Shown one piece after another: positions 1 to 9,880 of a stretch of 64,000 nucleotides of DNA; position 1 is the stretch's first letter, and the number at the start of each line of letters is the position of its first letter. The notes beneath the pieces are model-generated. The model searched no databases and was not told the origin of the DNA. It saw nothing but the letters and a program-made list of their open reading frames with translations. The stretch is from Pseudomonadota bacterium (GTDB lineage Bacteria; Pseudomonadota; Gammaproteobacteria; Enterobacterales; Vibrionaceae). The stretch lies in contig JAYYSE010000125.1 in NCBI GenBank assembly GCA_036126475.1, forward strand, positions 12,159 through 76,158, in the 5' to 3' direction. A program made the position numbers and the translations under genes.

Positions 1-1
1 T

Positions 2-988
2 TGTTTACCCCTGATTCTTCTCTCTTTTTCATCTTTGGCGTCTGAACGCTCTACGGTCACTTTCGCACTAGACAATGATGGCGTTTTTGGCGTTGACCAA
101 GACTATACCAACGGACTGTTTCTGGGTTACACATCATCAAGCATTACGCCATACGATTGGGTAAAACCCTTAAGTCTTTCTTACTGGGGCGCAAGCTCTT
201 TAGATAAATGGGAAATCACCCTTGGCCACAAAATGTACACCCCTTCTGATATCGAAGTAGAAACGCCATCAGCGAATGACCGCCCATACGCAGGTTACTT
301 GCATTCAGAATTCAACTACATCAGTTTGAACCCACAACAAGCTCAGCGTTTTAACATCACTTTTGGTACCACCGGTGAACGAGCGCTTTCTGAAGATGCT
401 CAAAAACTGGTTCACTCAATCACTAAATCAGATGAGCCTCTGGGTTGGGAATACCAAGTTGATGATGAGTGGGCAGGCAGCGTTGGTTACCTAAGCCACT
501 TCAATCTCATGCGTAATCAAGCGTTGGCGAATACTGATTTCGAGATTTCTAACGTTTCAGAAATTAACGTGGGTAACTTTAGAAGTGATATTTCAACAGG
601 CTTTATGTTCCGTTGGGGTACAGACCTAGGTGGTAACTTTGGTGCGGCTAATATCACGAGCGAAAATCCATTTAGACCAGGTATGATCGGCGCATCGAAC
701 AGCGGTTGGTTTACTTATGCAGGCCTCGAAGGTCGCTACCGTTTCAATGACTTAACCATTGAAGGGGATCGCTATGGTGTTGATGAATACGCAAATAAAA
801 ATAATGAAAGTCTAGCTATCTACGATGTGACTCTAGAGAACGTTCAAGCGACAGCTGTAATGGGTGTGGCTTGGTACAATCAATACGTTGGTGCCTCCTT
901 CGCGCTAACCGCAAAAACGCCAAATTACAAAGAAGCGAAAGAGTCTATCTACACCACCGGTGGCATTACGATGTTCGCGTTCTTCTAG
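2..988 (+). CDS. Lipid A deacylase LpxR-family (DUF2219) outer-membrane beta-barrel protein, 5'-truncated by window edge
   Basis: Frame is open from position 2 (CLPLILLSFSSLA|SER, tail of a signal peptide), so the TTG at 35 is not the real start. DND...D..YTNG and DRPYAGYL motifs and a C-terminal Phe are typical of LpxR. Confidence 0.8.
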   Translation, partial: CLPLILLSFSSLASERSTVTFALDNDGVFGVDQDYTNGLFLGYTSSSITPYDWVKPLSLSYWGASSLDKWEITLGHKMYTPSDIEVETPSANDRPYAGYLHSEFNYISLNPQQAQRFNITFGTTGERALSEDAQKLVHSITKSDEPLGWEYQVDDEWAGSVGYLSHFNLMRNQALANTDFEISNVSEINVGNFRSDISTGFMFRWGTDLGGNFGAANITSENPFRPGMIGASNSGWFTYAGLEGRYRFNDLTIEGDRYGVDEYANKNNESLAIYDVTLENVQATAVMGVAWYNQYVGASFALTAKTPNYKEAKESIYTTGGITMFAFF

Positions 989-1151
989 CGAATCATTCAA
1001 GCTTTCACATTTACTTTTCAAGTTTGGTAAAGGCAATCATCTTCAGTAGTGATTGCCTTTGTTTTTAAAGGTCCCGTGAGGATTTGACCCTATTTTATGT
1101 ACCGTTTTTGTAATAAAATAAAGGGCATAAATTCCTCTACGAGAATAGCTC

Positions 1152-1892
1152 ATGTCTACAACTGGTCGCATTCACTCATACGAATCTTGTGGTACTGTCG
1201 ATGGTCCTGGTATCCGCTTTATTGTATTTCTTCAAGGCTGCTTAATGCGTTGTATGTACTGCCACAACCGCGATACATGGGACCTTCATGATGGCAAAGA
1301 AGTCACTGTAGAAGAAATCATCAACGAGGCGAAATCTTACCGTCACTTCATGAAAGCTTCTGGCGGTGGCATCACCTGCTCTGGTGGTGAAGCAATGCTA
1401 CAGCCTGAGTTTGTCCGTGACTTCTTTCTAGCTGCTAAAGCTGAAGGTATCCATACTTGCCTCGATACCAATGGCTATATTCGTAAGCACACAAAAGTGG
1501 TTGATGAAGTATTAGACGCCGCTGATCTTGTGATGCTCGATCTGAAACACATGCGTGATGAAATTCACCATGATTTCATTGGTGTATCTAACAAACGTAC
1601 ACTCGATTTTGCCCGTTACCTCCATAAGATTGGTAAAACGACTTGGATCCGTTACGTGATTGTCCCTGGATACACAGACACACCAAAAGATGCACACCTA
1701 CTTGGTGAGTTCATTAAAGACATGGATAACATCGAAAAAGTAGAGCTGCTTCCTTATCACAAACTGGGTGCGCATAAATGGGAAGCACTTGGTTTAGACT
1801 ACCCTCTTGAAGGCGTAAACCCGCCAAGTAAAGAGACAATAGATGAAATTGTTGCGGTTCTGAGCCAGTATCATTCTAATGTAAAGTACTAA
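1152..1892 (+). CDS. pflA: Pyruvate formate-lyase activating enzyme (radical SAM)
   Basis: [10 protein letters not shown] and CLMRCMYC (CxxxCxxC) motifs; 246 aa. Confidence 0.97.
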   Translation: MSTTGRIHSYESCGTVDGPGIRFIVFLQGCLMRCMYCHNRDTWDLHDGKEVTVEEIINEAKSYRHFMKASGGGITCSGGEAMLQPEFVRDFFLAAKAEGIHTCLDTNGYIRKHTKVVDEVLDAADLVMLDLKHMRDEIHHDFIGVSNKRTLDFARYLHKIGKTTWIRYVIVPGYTDTPKDAHLLGEFIKDMDNIEKVELLPYHKLGAHKWEALGLDYPLEGVNPPSKETIDEIVAVLSQYHSNVKY

Positions 1893-1917
1893 TTCCAACA
1901 GTACTCAAATGTGTTTC

Positions 1918-1951
1918 AAACGCCTCAATTTCGATTGGGGCGTTTTCTTTT
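1918..1951 (+). terminator. Intrinsic terminator after pflA
   Basis: AAACGCCTCAAT-TTCG-ATTGGGGCGTTT followed by a T-rich tract. Confidence 0.8.
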
Positions 1952-2112
1952 GTAGGCTAGACATTCCTTTCACTTTTCTTCACAGCTTTTGTTTATCAAT
2001 TCAAAAAATCATATTAAATCCGTGTTGAGATCATGTTTCCACTCGTAGGAATGCTGTTACTCTTACTTCAACAAAAGAATACAACATTTAGTTTTTTAGT
2101 GAGGCTTCTCCC

Positions 2113-2613
2113 ATGGAAATGACCAATGCTCAGCGTCTAATTCTATCAAATCAATACTACCTAATGTCTCAAATGGAGCCTGAGAACTCTGCTAAATACC
2201 AACGTCTACAAACGATTGTAGAGCGCGGTTACGAACTCCAAATGCATGAGCTTAACAAAGAGTTTGGTTGTTTGACTGAAGTAGAATGTCGCGAAATTAT
2301 CGACATCATGGAGATGTACCATGCAATGCAAGAGTCGAACAAAATGCTTGAAGAAGATGAGCATAAAGAGGTTGATCAGCGTCGCCTACAGTTCTTAGGT
2401 TTCGACATTGCATCTGAAGCACAAATCGTACACTACGTACGTTTCCTTGTTGACTCTGAAGGCCTTTACCCTCAATTCGATAAAGCGGATCACCACTTCA
2501 ATAGTCAAATGCCAATGCTAGACAAATACCGTCGCATGCTAACAACATGGCGCAACTGCCCTCGTCAGTACCACCTATGTGCGACAGAGCTATCTCAAAT
2601 CTTTAGTGCTTAA
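2113..2613 (+). CDS. yfbU: YfbU family protein (UPF0304)
   Basis: [16 protein letters not shown]-terminus and FNSQMPM motif; 166 aa. Confidence 0.92.
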   Translation: MEMTNAQRLILSNQYYLMSQMEPENSAKYQRLQTIVERGYELQMHELNKEFGCLTEVECREIIDIMEMYHAMQESNKMLEEDEHKEVDQRRLQFLGFDIASEAQIVHYVRFLVDSEGLYPQFDKADHHFNSQMPMLDKYRRMLTTWRNCPRQYHLCATELSQIFSA

Positions 2614-2654
2614 TTAATAAAGAAAAGCCTCAGCTTGGCTTAAAAAGTTTCAGG

Positions 2655-2686
2655 AAAGGGTTGCTCATCACGAGTAACCCTTTTTT
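2655..2686 (+). terminator. Intrinsic terminator after yfbU (also copy 1 of a 29-bp direct repeat)
   Basis: AAAGGGTTGCTC-ATCAC-GAGTAACCCTTTTTT. Confidence 0.8.
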
Positions 2687-3006
2687 ACTGCCTGAATATA
2701 AAGAGAGAAAACAGGAACTATTTAGCAACGTGGATATGAAGTGAACTTTACCCACAGAAAATGGTAATGAAACATACAGATAAGATATTAAACATCGAGC
2801 CGTTTCCCATTAATTTCTCTGATATCGCCCATTAAATAATGAGTATAAGCCAATGACTTGTAAGCAATAAGGTCATTCATCTTTATTAATTCTATATCGG
2901 GACTTTTAATACAAATTAAAAATCACCACACTTATTTTGAACATTGTATTTTATTCTAAAGAAGTCGCTAGAATGCTCACAGAAATTATTAACCAGAGCG
3001 ATAAAA

Positions 3007-3576
3007 ATGAGAAAACTCATCCTTGTATCACTAGCTATTCTATCGGCTTCATCTTTCGCAGCTAACGACATGTACGTACTTGGGGGCGTTGGCATTAACA
3101 AAGATGACGGAGGTCTACAATTCACTGCTGGTTCACAGATTCTTGATACCAATTTTCATCTTGAATCAACAATGAATTACATAGATTCCGACAGTAAAAT
3201 GGTTACGCAGGATATACACGGTGACCTAACTAAGTACAAAGACAATTCCAAACACTTCAAAATGTCTTTAGCCCCAGTATATAAATATAGCTTCGATGAG
3301 TCTTTTGCTATCTACGGTAAGGTTGGTCTTGCGTACTCTAACTTCAATTCTAAATCAACGAGAACCGATAAAGATGGTTCAGTTAATAGCAAGTACTCAA
3401 ATAGCGAATGGGGGGCGACTTACGGCATCGGTGCTGAGTTTAAATCTATACAGCCAATGTTCGGTCACTCGAAGTTTATGGCTCGTGTTGGTTTCGATTT
3501 CTACGACTACAACTCAGGTGGCCTAAACCTAATCAATGAGGGGACTCTTGGACTACAAGCTGGATTCACTTTCTAA
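3007..3576 (+). CDS. Small outer-membrane beta-barrel protein (OmpA-transmembrane/Ail-like)
   Basis: ATG at 3007 gives signal peptide MRKLILVSLAILSASSFA. Strands YGKVGLAY and YGIGAEF, and C-terminal GFTF beta-signal. Confidence 0.8.
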   Translation: MRKLILVSLAILSASSFAANDMYVLGGVGINKDDGGLQFTAGSQILDTNFHLESTMNYIDSDSKMVTQDIHGDLTKYKDNSKHFKMSLAPVYKYSFDESFAIYGKVGLAYSNFNSKSTRTDKDGSVNSKYSNSEWGATYGIGAEFKSIQPMFGHSKFMARVGFDFYDYNSGGLNLINEGTLGLQAGFTF

Positions 3577-3672
3577 GGTATTAAGTAAAAAGTTTTACAG
3601 TCGTTGAACAAGTTATCGTAATTACAATTTTTGGTATATTAACCTTAACCGCGCTGTATCTCACATAAATAT

Positions 3673-3701
3673 AAGGGCAACTCATCAGGAGTAACCCTTT
3701 T
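3673..3701. repeat. Copy 2 of 29-bp imperfect direct repeat / degenerate terminator between convergent OMP and mipA
   Basis: AAGGGCAACTCATCAGGAGTAACCCTTTT, 25/29 identical to 2656..2684. Confidence 0.75.
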
Positions 3702-3719
3702 ATGTTTTCTTCTTTTTAA

Positions 3720-4475
3720 CTAGAAAACGTAAGCAACACCAACGTTTGCCGCCATATTAATGCCGCTTTCTAAGATTGGACTATTCTCGATATCGCCCTC
3801 TAGGTTAGTGTAACGAACACCACCCGTAAGTCGGATACTTGGCGTTACATGTAGATAACCACCCAGACTAATAAAGTACTGGCCATCCCAACCAGCATCA
3901 AATTCCTTTAAATTCGTTCTTGCTGCTTCTGATGAGCTCACACCGTATAAGTGATTATTTAAACGTTCACCATTATAAGCATAACCAATTGAAGGCGTAA
4001 TCGCCCAACCACTACGGCGAATAGGTAGACGCCATGCTGCCTCAGCATAAAGCCCATTGTGTTGAAAGCCAATGTCTGAACCAGCTGTCGCTTCAAACAT
4101 TCCAACAAGAGTAATCAACTGATAGCTTATCCCGCCTAGTACTGAAGCTTTGCGCTCATCTAGGTTCTGGATATCAACGTTGCTAGAGTCACTGGGCTTC
4201 AAGGTTCTTGAGTCATAAACAGCTCGTAATACAACATTTTGTGGTGAGCCTGCTGGTAATAAACGATAACCAGCACTAAAGCCACGCATAAAAAAGTACT
4301 CACCTTCATAACCTATCATTGGAATAACCGCACGATTTGACGGCGTATCTTTATAGACAGCAGGAGAGTAAGAGGCTGCAACCCCTAAGGACCACTGTGA
4401 TATTTGCGCATGGGCAGCTGTCGTCCCCAATGTTGTAGTAACGATAGCGATGACTTTGAGCCAATGACTTTTCAC
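3720..4475 (-). CDS. mipA: MipA/OmpV family outer-membrane protein (MltA-interacting)
   Basis: Signal peptide, PAVYKD...VIPMIGYEG and YYGV-like HLYGVS motif, C-terminal YVF. Divergent from yeaG as in enterobacteria. Confidence 0.85.
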   Translation of the reverse strand: MKSHWLKVIAIVTTTLGTTAAHAQISQWSLGVAASYSPAVYKDTPSNRAVIPMIGYEGEYFFMRGFSAGYRLLPAGSPQNVVLRAVYDSRTLKPSDSSNVDIQNLDERKASVLGGISYQLITLVGMFEATAGSDIGFQHNGLYAEAAWRLPIRRSGWAITPSIGYAYNGERLNNHLYGVSSSEAARTNLKEFDAGWDGQYFISLGGYLHVTPSIRLTGGVRYTNLEGDIENSPILESGINMAANVGVAYVF

Positions 4476-4823
4476 ATGTTTTCCTAATAATGAGCAAGTT
4501 TAACAAGATAGTACATTGTACAACACCGCTATTAACAAAAATAATAACAATGAACAATCGGTTTAATGAGCAATAATTCACCACAAGAATCTAATTTCCA
4601 CCCAAATCACCAAAAATGACTAGCAAACCTCTAATACAAGAAACTTCAATCCGATTTATCTCCAGTTATTCATTGCTATCTCAAAATTTTTTTCGTGAAA
4701 AATTGTAAATAAACACATAATTGTTAAGCAAAATTGTGGAAGCGGGTCTAACCTTAAAATGTAGGGAGAGCCTATTTTTCAATCGCTCGTCAGTTTTGAC
4801 TGGTTAACAAGGGGAATGTGACT

Positions 4824-6758
4824 ATGAGTATATTTGACCACTATCAATCACGTTATGAAGCAGCCAAGGAAGAAGAGCTGACACTACAAGAGTTCTTGGC
4901 GCTGTGTAAAGACGACAAAAGAGCTTACGCCAACGCCGCGGAGCGCTTACTTCTGGCTATTGGCGAACCTGAGGTTATTGACACCGCGCAAGACCCTCAA
5001 CTAAGTCGTATTTTCTCAAACCGAGTTATATCTCGTTACCGTGAATTCGAAGATTTTTACGGTATGGAAGATGCGATTGAACAGATTGTTTCTTACCTAA
5101 AACATGCTGCGCAAGGCCTAGAAGAACGCAAACAGATCCTCTACTTACTGGGTCCTGTGGGCGGCGGTAAATCATCGCTTGCTGAAAAACTAAAAGCTCT
5201 GATGCAAAAGCTACCTATTTACGTACTTTCTGCTGACGGTGAACGAAGCCCAGTAAATGACCATCCATTCTGTCTATTTGACGTCAATGAAGATGGTGAC
5301 TTATTGAAAAACGAGTATGGCATCGAAAAACGCTATCTTCGTTCGATTATGTCTCCATGGGCTGCAAAACGCCTGCATGATTTCGGCGGCGACATTTCTA
5401 AATTCAAAGTCATCAAGCTACGCCCTTCTATCCTCGACCAAGTTGCGATCGCAAAGACAGAGCCTGGTGATGAAAACAACCAAGATATCTCTTCTCTAGT
5501 TGGTAAAGTAGATATCCGTAAACTAGAGCACTTCTCTCAAGATGACCCAGATGCCTACAGCTACTCTGGTGCGTTATGTAAAGCTAACCAAGGCCTGATG
5601 GAATTCGTAGAGATGTTCAAAGCACCGATTAAGGTACTTCACCCTCTACTAACAGCAACTCAAGAAGGTAACTTCAACGGTACTGAAGGGCTTTCTGCGC
5701 TGCCATTCGACGGCATGATTCTAGCTCACTCAAACGAATCCGAGTGGCAGACATTCCGCAACAATAAGAACAATGAAGCCTTCCTAGACCGTGTTTACAT
5801 TGTAAAAGTACCTTACTGTCTGCGCGTTTCTGAAGAAGTTAAGATCTACAAAAAACTGCTTGAGCACAGTGAACTGTCGAACGCACCATGTTCACCAAGC
5901 ACACTCGATCTGCTATCCCAATTCAGTATCCTATCGAGACTGAAAGAGCCTGAGAACTCGTCTCTGTTCTCGAAAATGCGCGTTTACGATGGTGAAACCC
6001 TTAAAGACACCGATCCAAAAGCGAAGAGTTATCAAGAGTACCGCGACTACGCAGGTGTAGATGAAGGTATGTCTGGTCTATCGACTCGTTTCGCCTTTAA
6101 GATCTTATCTCGCGTGTTCAACTTCGACCAAGCCGAAGTGGCCGCAAACCCAGTTCACCTGTTCTACGTCATTGAACAACAAATTGAACGTGAACAATTC
6201 CCTCAAGAAAATGCCGAAAAGTACCTTGAGTTCTTGAAAGGATATCTAGTGCCACGCTACGTAGAGTTTATCGGCAAAGAAATTCAAACCGCATACCTGG
6301 AGTCTTACTCTGAGTATGGTCAGAATATCTTCGACCGTTATGTAACCTACGCAGACTTCTGGATTCAAGACCAAGAGTACCGCGATCCAGAAACAGGCCA
6401 GCTATTTGACCGTGCTTCTCTAAATGGCGAGCTAGAGAAAATTGAAAAAACAGCCGGTATCAGTAACCCTAAAGACTTCCGAAATGAGATTGTGAACTTT
6501 GTGCTTCGTGCTAAGGCAAACAATAACGGTCAAAACCCAGTTTGGACCAGCTACGAGAAATTGCGCACTGTGATTGAGAAGAAAATGTTCTCCAACACAG
6601 AAGAGCTACTTCCTGTTATCTCGTTCAACGCTAAGACCTCAACAGATGATCAGAAAAAGCACGACGACTTCGTTGCTCGTATGATGGAAAAAGGCTACAC
6701 CGAGAAACAAGTGCGCCTGCTATCTGAGTGGTATCTAAGAGTTCGTAAATCCTCATAA
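4824..6758 (+). CDS. yeaG: PrkA/YeaG family AAA+ ATPase / Ser kinase
   Basis: Walker A GPVGGGKSS, EPGDENNQDIS, EFVEMFKAP; GGGG SD upstream of ATG at 4824. Confidence 0.96.
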   Translation: MSIFDHYQSRYEAAKEEELTLQEFLALCKDDKRAYANAAERLLLAIGEPEVIDTAQDPQLSRIFSNRVISRYREFEDFYGMEDAIEQIVSYLKHAAQGLEERKQILYLLGPVGGGKSSLAEKLKALMQKLPIYVLSADGERSPVNDHPFCLFDVNEDGDLLKNEYGIEKRYLRSIMSPWAAKRLHDFGGDISKFKVIKLRPSILDQVAIAKTEPGDENNQDISSLVGKVDIRKLEHFSQDDPDAYSYSGALCKANQGLMEFVEMFKAPIKVLHPLLTATQEGNFNGTEGLSALPFDGMILAHSNESEWQTFRNNKNNEAFLDRVYIVKVPYCLRVSEEVKIYKKLLEHSELSNAPCSPSTLDLLSQFSILSRLKEPENSSLFSKMRVYDGETLKDTDPKAKSYQEYRDYAGVDEGMSGLSTRFAFKILSRVFNFDQAEVAANPVHLFYVIEQQIEREQFPQENAEKYLEFLKGYLVPRYVEFIGKEIQTAYLESYSEYGQNIFDRYVTYADFWIQDQEYRDPETGQLFDRASLNGELEKIEKTAGISNPKDFRNEIVNFVLRAKANNNGQNPVWTSYEKLRTVIEKKMFSNTEELLPVISFNAKTSTDDQKKHDDFVARMMEKGYTEKQVRLLSEWYLRVRKSS

Positions 6759-6859
6759 CTAAACGGTATAGAGCTGCTCAAATGGGCAGCTCATACCAAA
6801 CAATAACTCTTATACCCGTGCAAAAGTAGGATCGTGACATCAGCTGAGAGGGAGTTCTT

Positions 6860-8131
6860 ATGGCACAATTTATCGATCGGAGGCTCAATGGCAAGAATAA
6901 GAGTGCTGTAAACAGACAGCGCTTCTTACGACGCCATAAAGAGCAAATCAAAGAATCTGTGGCCGATGCAGTCAACCGACGCTCAATCACCAACACTGAA
7001 ACTGGTGAGGACGTCACTATTCCTCACAAAGACATAAAAGAACCAAGCTTTCACCAAGGCCAAGGTGGCGTGAGAGAGCGCGTGCATCCTGGTAATGATC
7101 AATTTATCACTGGCGACAAAATCGAGCGTCCGAAAGGTGGCGGTCAAGGTGGTGGCTCAGGCCAAGGGGATGCAAGCCCCGATGGCGAAGGTCAAGATGA
7201 GTTTACTTTCCAAATATCAAAAGACGAATACCTTGATATTCTTTTTGAAGATCTCGCTCTACCTAATCTAGAAAAAAATCAGGTCAACAAGATCACTGAA
7301 TGGAAAACCCACCGCTCTGGTTACCAAAGCGCAGGTATTCCATCCAACATCGCGATTGTTCGTTCACTGCAACAGTCACTTGCTCGTCGAACCGCAATGA
7401 CAGCAGGCCGAAAACGCGATTTGAAAACGCTAATGGACCAACTCGCTCAAGTTCAAATGACCGAGCCTGCTCAACCGTTTGAAGAAGCTCGAATCAAGGA
7501 AGAAATTGCCGAGCTACGTAAAAAGATCGATAGCGTGCCGTTCATCGATACCTTCGATTTACGTTACAAAAACTACGAGAAGCGCCCTATTCCATCTAGC
7601 CAAGCAGTGATGTTCTGCTTGATGGATGTATCTGGCTCAATGGATCAAGCCACTAAAGACATCGCAAAACGTTTCTATGTACTGCTGTATCTATTCCTTA
7701 ATCGCACCTACGAAAATGTCGATGTGGTGTTTATTCGTCACCATACTCAAGCCAAAGAAGTCGACGAGCATGAGTTTTTCTACTCGCAAGAGACCGGTGG
7801 CACCATTGTATCGAGCGCCTTGAAGCTGATGAAAGAAATTGTTGCTGACCGTTACCCGGCTAATGAGTGGAACATCTATGCAGCGCAAGCTTCTGATGGT
7901 GATAACTGGGCAGATGACTCACCACGCTGTAAAGAGTTACTGGTCAACACGCTTCTGCCAACTTGCCAATACTACTCGTACATCGAAATCACGCGTCGCT
8001 CACACCAAACGCTCTGGCATGAGTATGACAAGTTAGAAGCGAGCTTCGACAACTTCGCCATGAAAAACATCAAAACAGTGGATGATATCTTCCCTGTGTT
8101 TAGAGAACTGTTCCAGAAAGAGACAGCGTAA
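6860..8131 (+). CDS. yeaH: YeaH/YhbH family protein (UPF0229, vWA-like C-terminal domain)
   Basis: [13 protein letters not shown]-terminus; DVSGS MIDAS-like motif, ETGGT, SDGDNW. Confidence 0.95.
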   Translation: MAQFIDRRLNGKNKSAVNRQRFLRRHKEQIKESVADAVNRRSITNTETGEDVTIPHKDIKEPSFHQGQGGVRERVHPGNDQFITGDKIERPKGGGQGGGSGQGDASPDGEGQDEFTFQISKDEYLDILFEDLALPNLEKNQVNKITEWKTHRSGYQSAGIPSNIAIVRSLQQSLARRTAMTAGRKRDLKTLMDQLAQVQMTEPAQPFEEARIKEEIAELRKKIDSVPFIDTFDLRYKNYEKRPIPSSQAVMFCLMDVSGSMDQATKDIAKRFYVLLYLFLNRTYENVDVVFIRHHTQAKEVDEHEFFYSQETGGTIVSSALKLMKEIVADRYPANEWNIYAAQASDGDNWADDSPRCKELLVNTLLPTCQYYSYIEITRRSHQTLWHEYDKLEASFDNFAMKNIKTVDDIFPVFRELFQKETA

Positions 8132-8142
8132 GGGGGCTTGCC

Positions 8143-9705
8143 ATGACAGCGAAATCAAACGTTGCAGAGAAAGACAAAGCTGCACAAAAAAACAACGACA
8201 AGATGCTGCCTGATGGTCCAGATTGGACGTTCAACCTCTTAGAGCGATACCACGTGGAAATTAAGCGTGTGGCGCAGCATTACCGACTAGACACTTACCC
8301 TAACCAAATAGAAGTGATCACTTCTGAACAGATGATGGATGCGTACTCGAGTATCGGTATGCCTATTAATTACAACCACTGGTCATTTGGTAAGAAGTTC
8401 ATTCAAACAGAACAAAACTACAAGCATGGTCAAATGGGGCTAGCGTATGAAATCGTAATCAACTCGGCCCCTTGTATCGCCTACCTAATGGAAGAGAATA
8501 CCGTGACGATGCAAGCGCTAGTAATAGCGCACGCCTGTTACGGCCATAACTCTTTCTTTAAAGGGAATTACCTATTCCAAACGTGGACAGATGCAAGTTC
8601 AATCATCGACTACTTGTTGTTTGCTAAGAAGTACATCAATGATTGTGAGGAGAAATACGGCGTTTCAGAAGTCGAACAACTGCTCGATTCTTGCCATGCG
8701 CTAATGAATTACGGCGTTGACAGATATAAGCGCCCAGAGAAGATCTCCATCGCGGAGGAAACCGCTCGCCAAGAAGAACGTGAGGCTTACCTGCAATCTC
8801 AAGTTAACGAACTGTGGCGCACTGTGCCACAAAACCGCGATAAAGAGGAAGAGCAAAAAGTACGTTTCCCAAGCGAGCCACAAGAGAACATTCTTTACTT
8901 TATAGAGAAGAATGCGCCTCTACTGGAACCATGGCAGCGTGAATGTGTACGTATTGTTCGTAAAGTCAGCCAGTACTTCTACCCTCAGAAACAGACTCAG
9001 GTAATGAATGAGGGCTGGGCAACCTTCTGGCACTACACCATTCTTAACCATCTCTACGATGAAGGCTTGGTGAGTGATAAGTTCATCTTAGAATTCCTAC
9101 ACAGCCACACTAGCGTGGTCGCACAACCCGCCTACAACAGCCCTTATTTCAGTGGCATAAACCCATACGCGCTTGGCTTTGCGATGTTTAGAGACATCCG
9201 TCGTATCTGTGAAGAGCCGACCGATGAAGACAGAGAGTGGTTCCCTGAATTGGCTGGGTCAGATTGGCTAGAAGCGGTCCACTTTGCGATGCACAACTTC
9301 AAAGATGAAAGCTTTATCAGCCAGTATCTTTCTCCAAAAATCATTCGAGACTTTAAGTTGTTTGCCGTGCTCGATGACGATCGAAAAAACACCATTGAAG
9401 TGAGCGCAATTCATGATGACCCGGGCTACCGCCTGATCCGTGAAAAGCTCGCCGCGCAATACAATCTCAGCAACCTTGAACCCAACATTCAGGTGTTCAA
9501 TGTAGATGTACGCGGCGATCGTTCAATGACACTCCAATATATCCCTCATGACCGCATCCCTCTTGATAAAGGCTACGACGAAGTGATGAAGCACTTATAT
9601 CGCTTATGGGGCTTTGATGTGATTTTAGAAGAGGTCAAAGACACAGGTCATCGAGAAATTCTGACTACTTGCCCGAAACGCAATGATTACGGAGCAAAAA
9701 TCTAA
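8143..9705 (+). CDS. ycgB: SpoVR family protein
   Basis: GPDWTF, GLAYEIVINS, HACYGHNSFFK, MNEGWATFWH motifs. Confidence 0.95.
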   Translation: MTAKSNVAEKDKAAQKNNDKMLPDGPDWTFNLLERYHVEIKRVAQHYRLDTYPNQIEVITSEQMMDAYSSIGMPINYNHWSFGKKFIQTEQNYKHGQMGLAYEIVINSAPCIAYLMEENTVTMQALVIAHACYGHNSFFKGNYLFQTWTDASSIIDYLLFAKKYINDCEEKYGVSEVEQLLDSCHALMNYGVDRYKRPEKISIAEETARQEEREAYLQSQVNELWRTVPQNRDKEEEQKVRFPSEPQENILYFIEKNAPLLEPWQRECVRIVRKVSQYFYPQKQTQVMNEGWATFWHYTILNHLYDEGLVSDKFILEFLHSHTSVVAQPAYNSPYFSGINPYALGFAMFRDIRRICEEPTDEDREWFPELAGSDWLEAVHFAMHNFKDESFISQYLSPKIIRDFKLFAVLDDDRKNTIEVSAIHDDPGYRLIREKLAAQYNLSNLEPNIQVFNVDVRGDRSMTLQYIPHDRIPLDKGYDEVMKHLYRLWGFDVILEEVKDTGHREILTTCPKRNDYGAKI

Positions 9706-9788
9706 TACCCATCGCTGTTAATCGGTGATGAGTATAAGACTCCGCTCCCCCTACAACATAGTGGTCACCCGCTCGGAAGTGGAGCAAC

Positions 9789-9828
9789 AAAAAAGCGCAT
9801 AAGTCGTCGTCTTATGCGCTTTCCTTTT
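9789..9828. terminator. Bidirectional terminator between ycgB and sohB
   Basis: AAAAAAGCGCATAAG-loop-CTTATGCGCTTTCCTTTT. Confidence 0.8.
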
Positions 9829-9880
9829 AAGCTTCTTTTAGCTCTTGCCTCTTGAGCTCTAACGTCTTAAACGAACACTA

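Noticed and set aside
2944-3006. Upstream TTG start for the OMP; likewise the extended starts listed for yciK, tatD, pabC, cobO, udk and oppF
   Set aside because: Downstream ATG/GTG codons give the family-typical N-terminus or signal peptide and, in most cases, a better SD.
4480-4823. Sigma54/NtrC promoter for yeaG as in E. coli
   Set aside because: No TGGCAC-N5-TTGC -24/-12 element found; only an RpoS-like -10 (CTAACCT) is visible.
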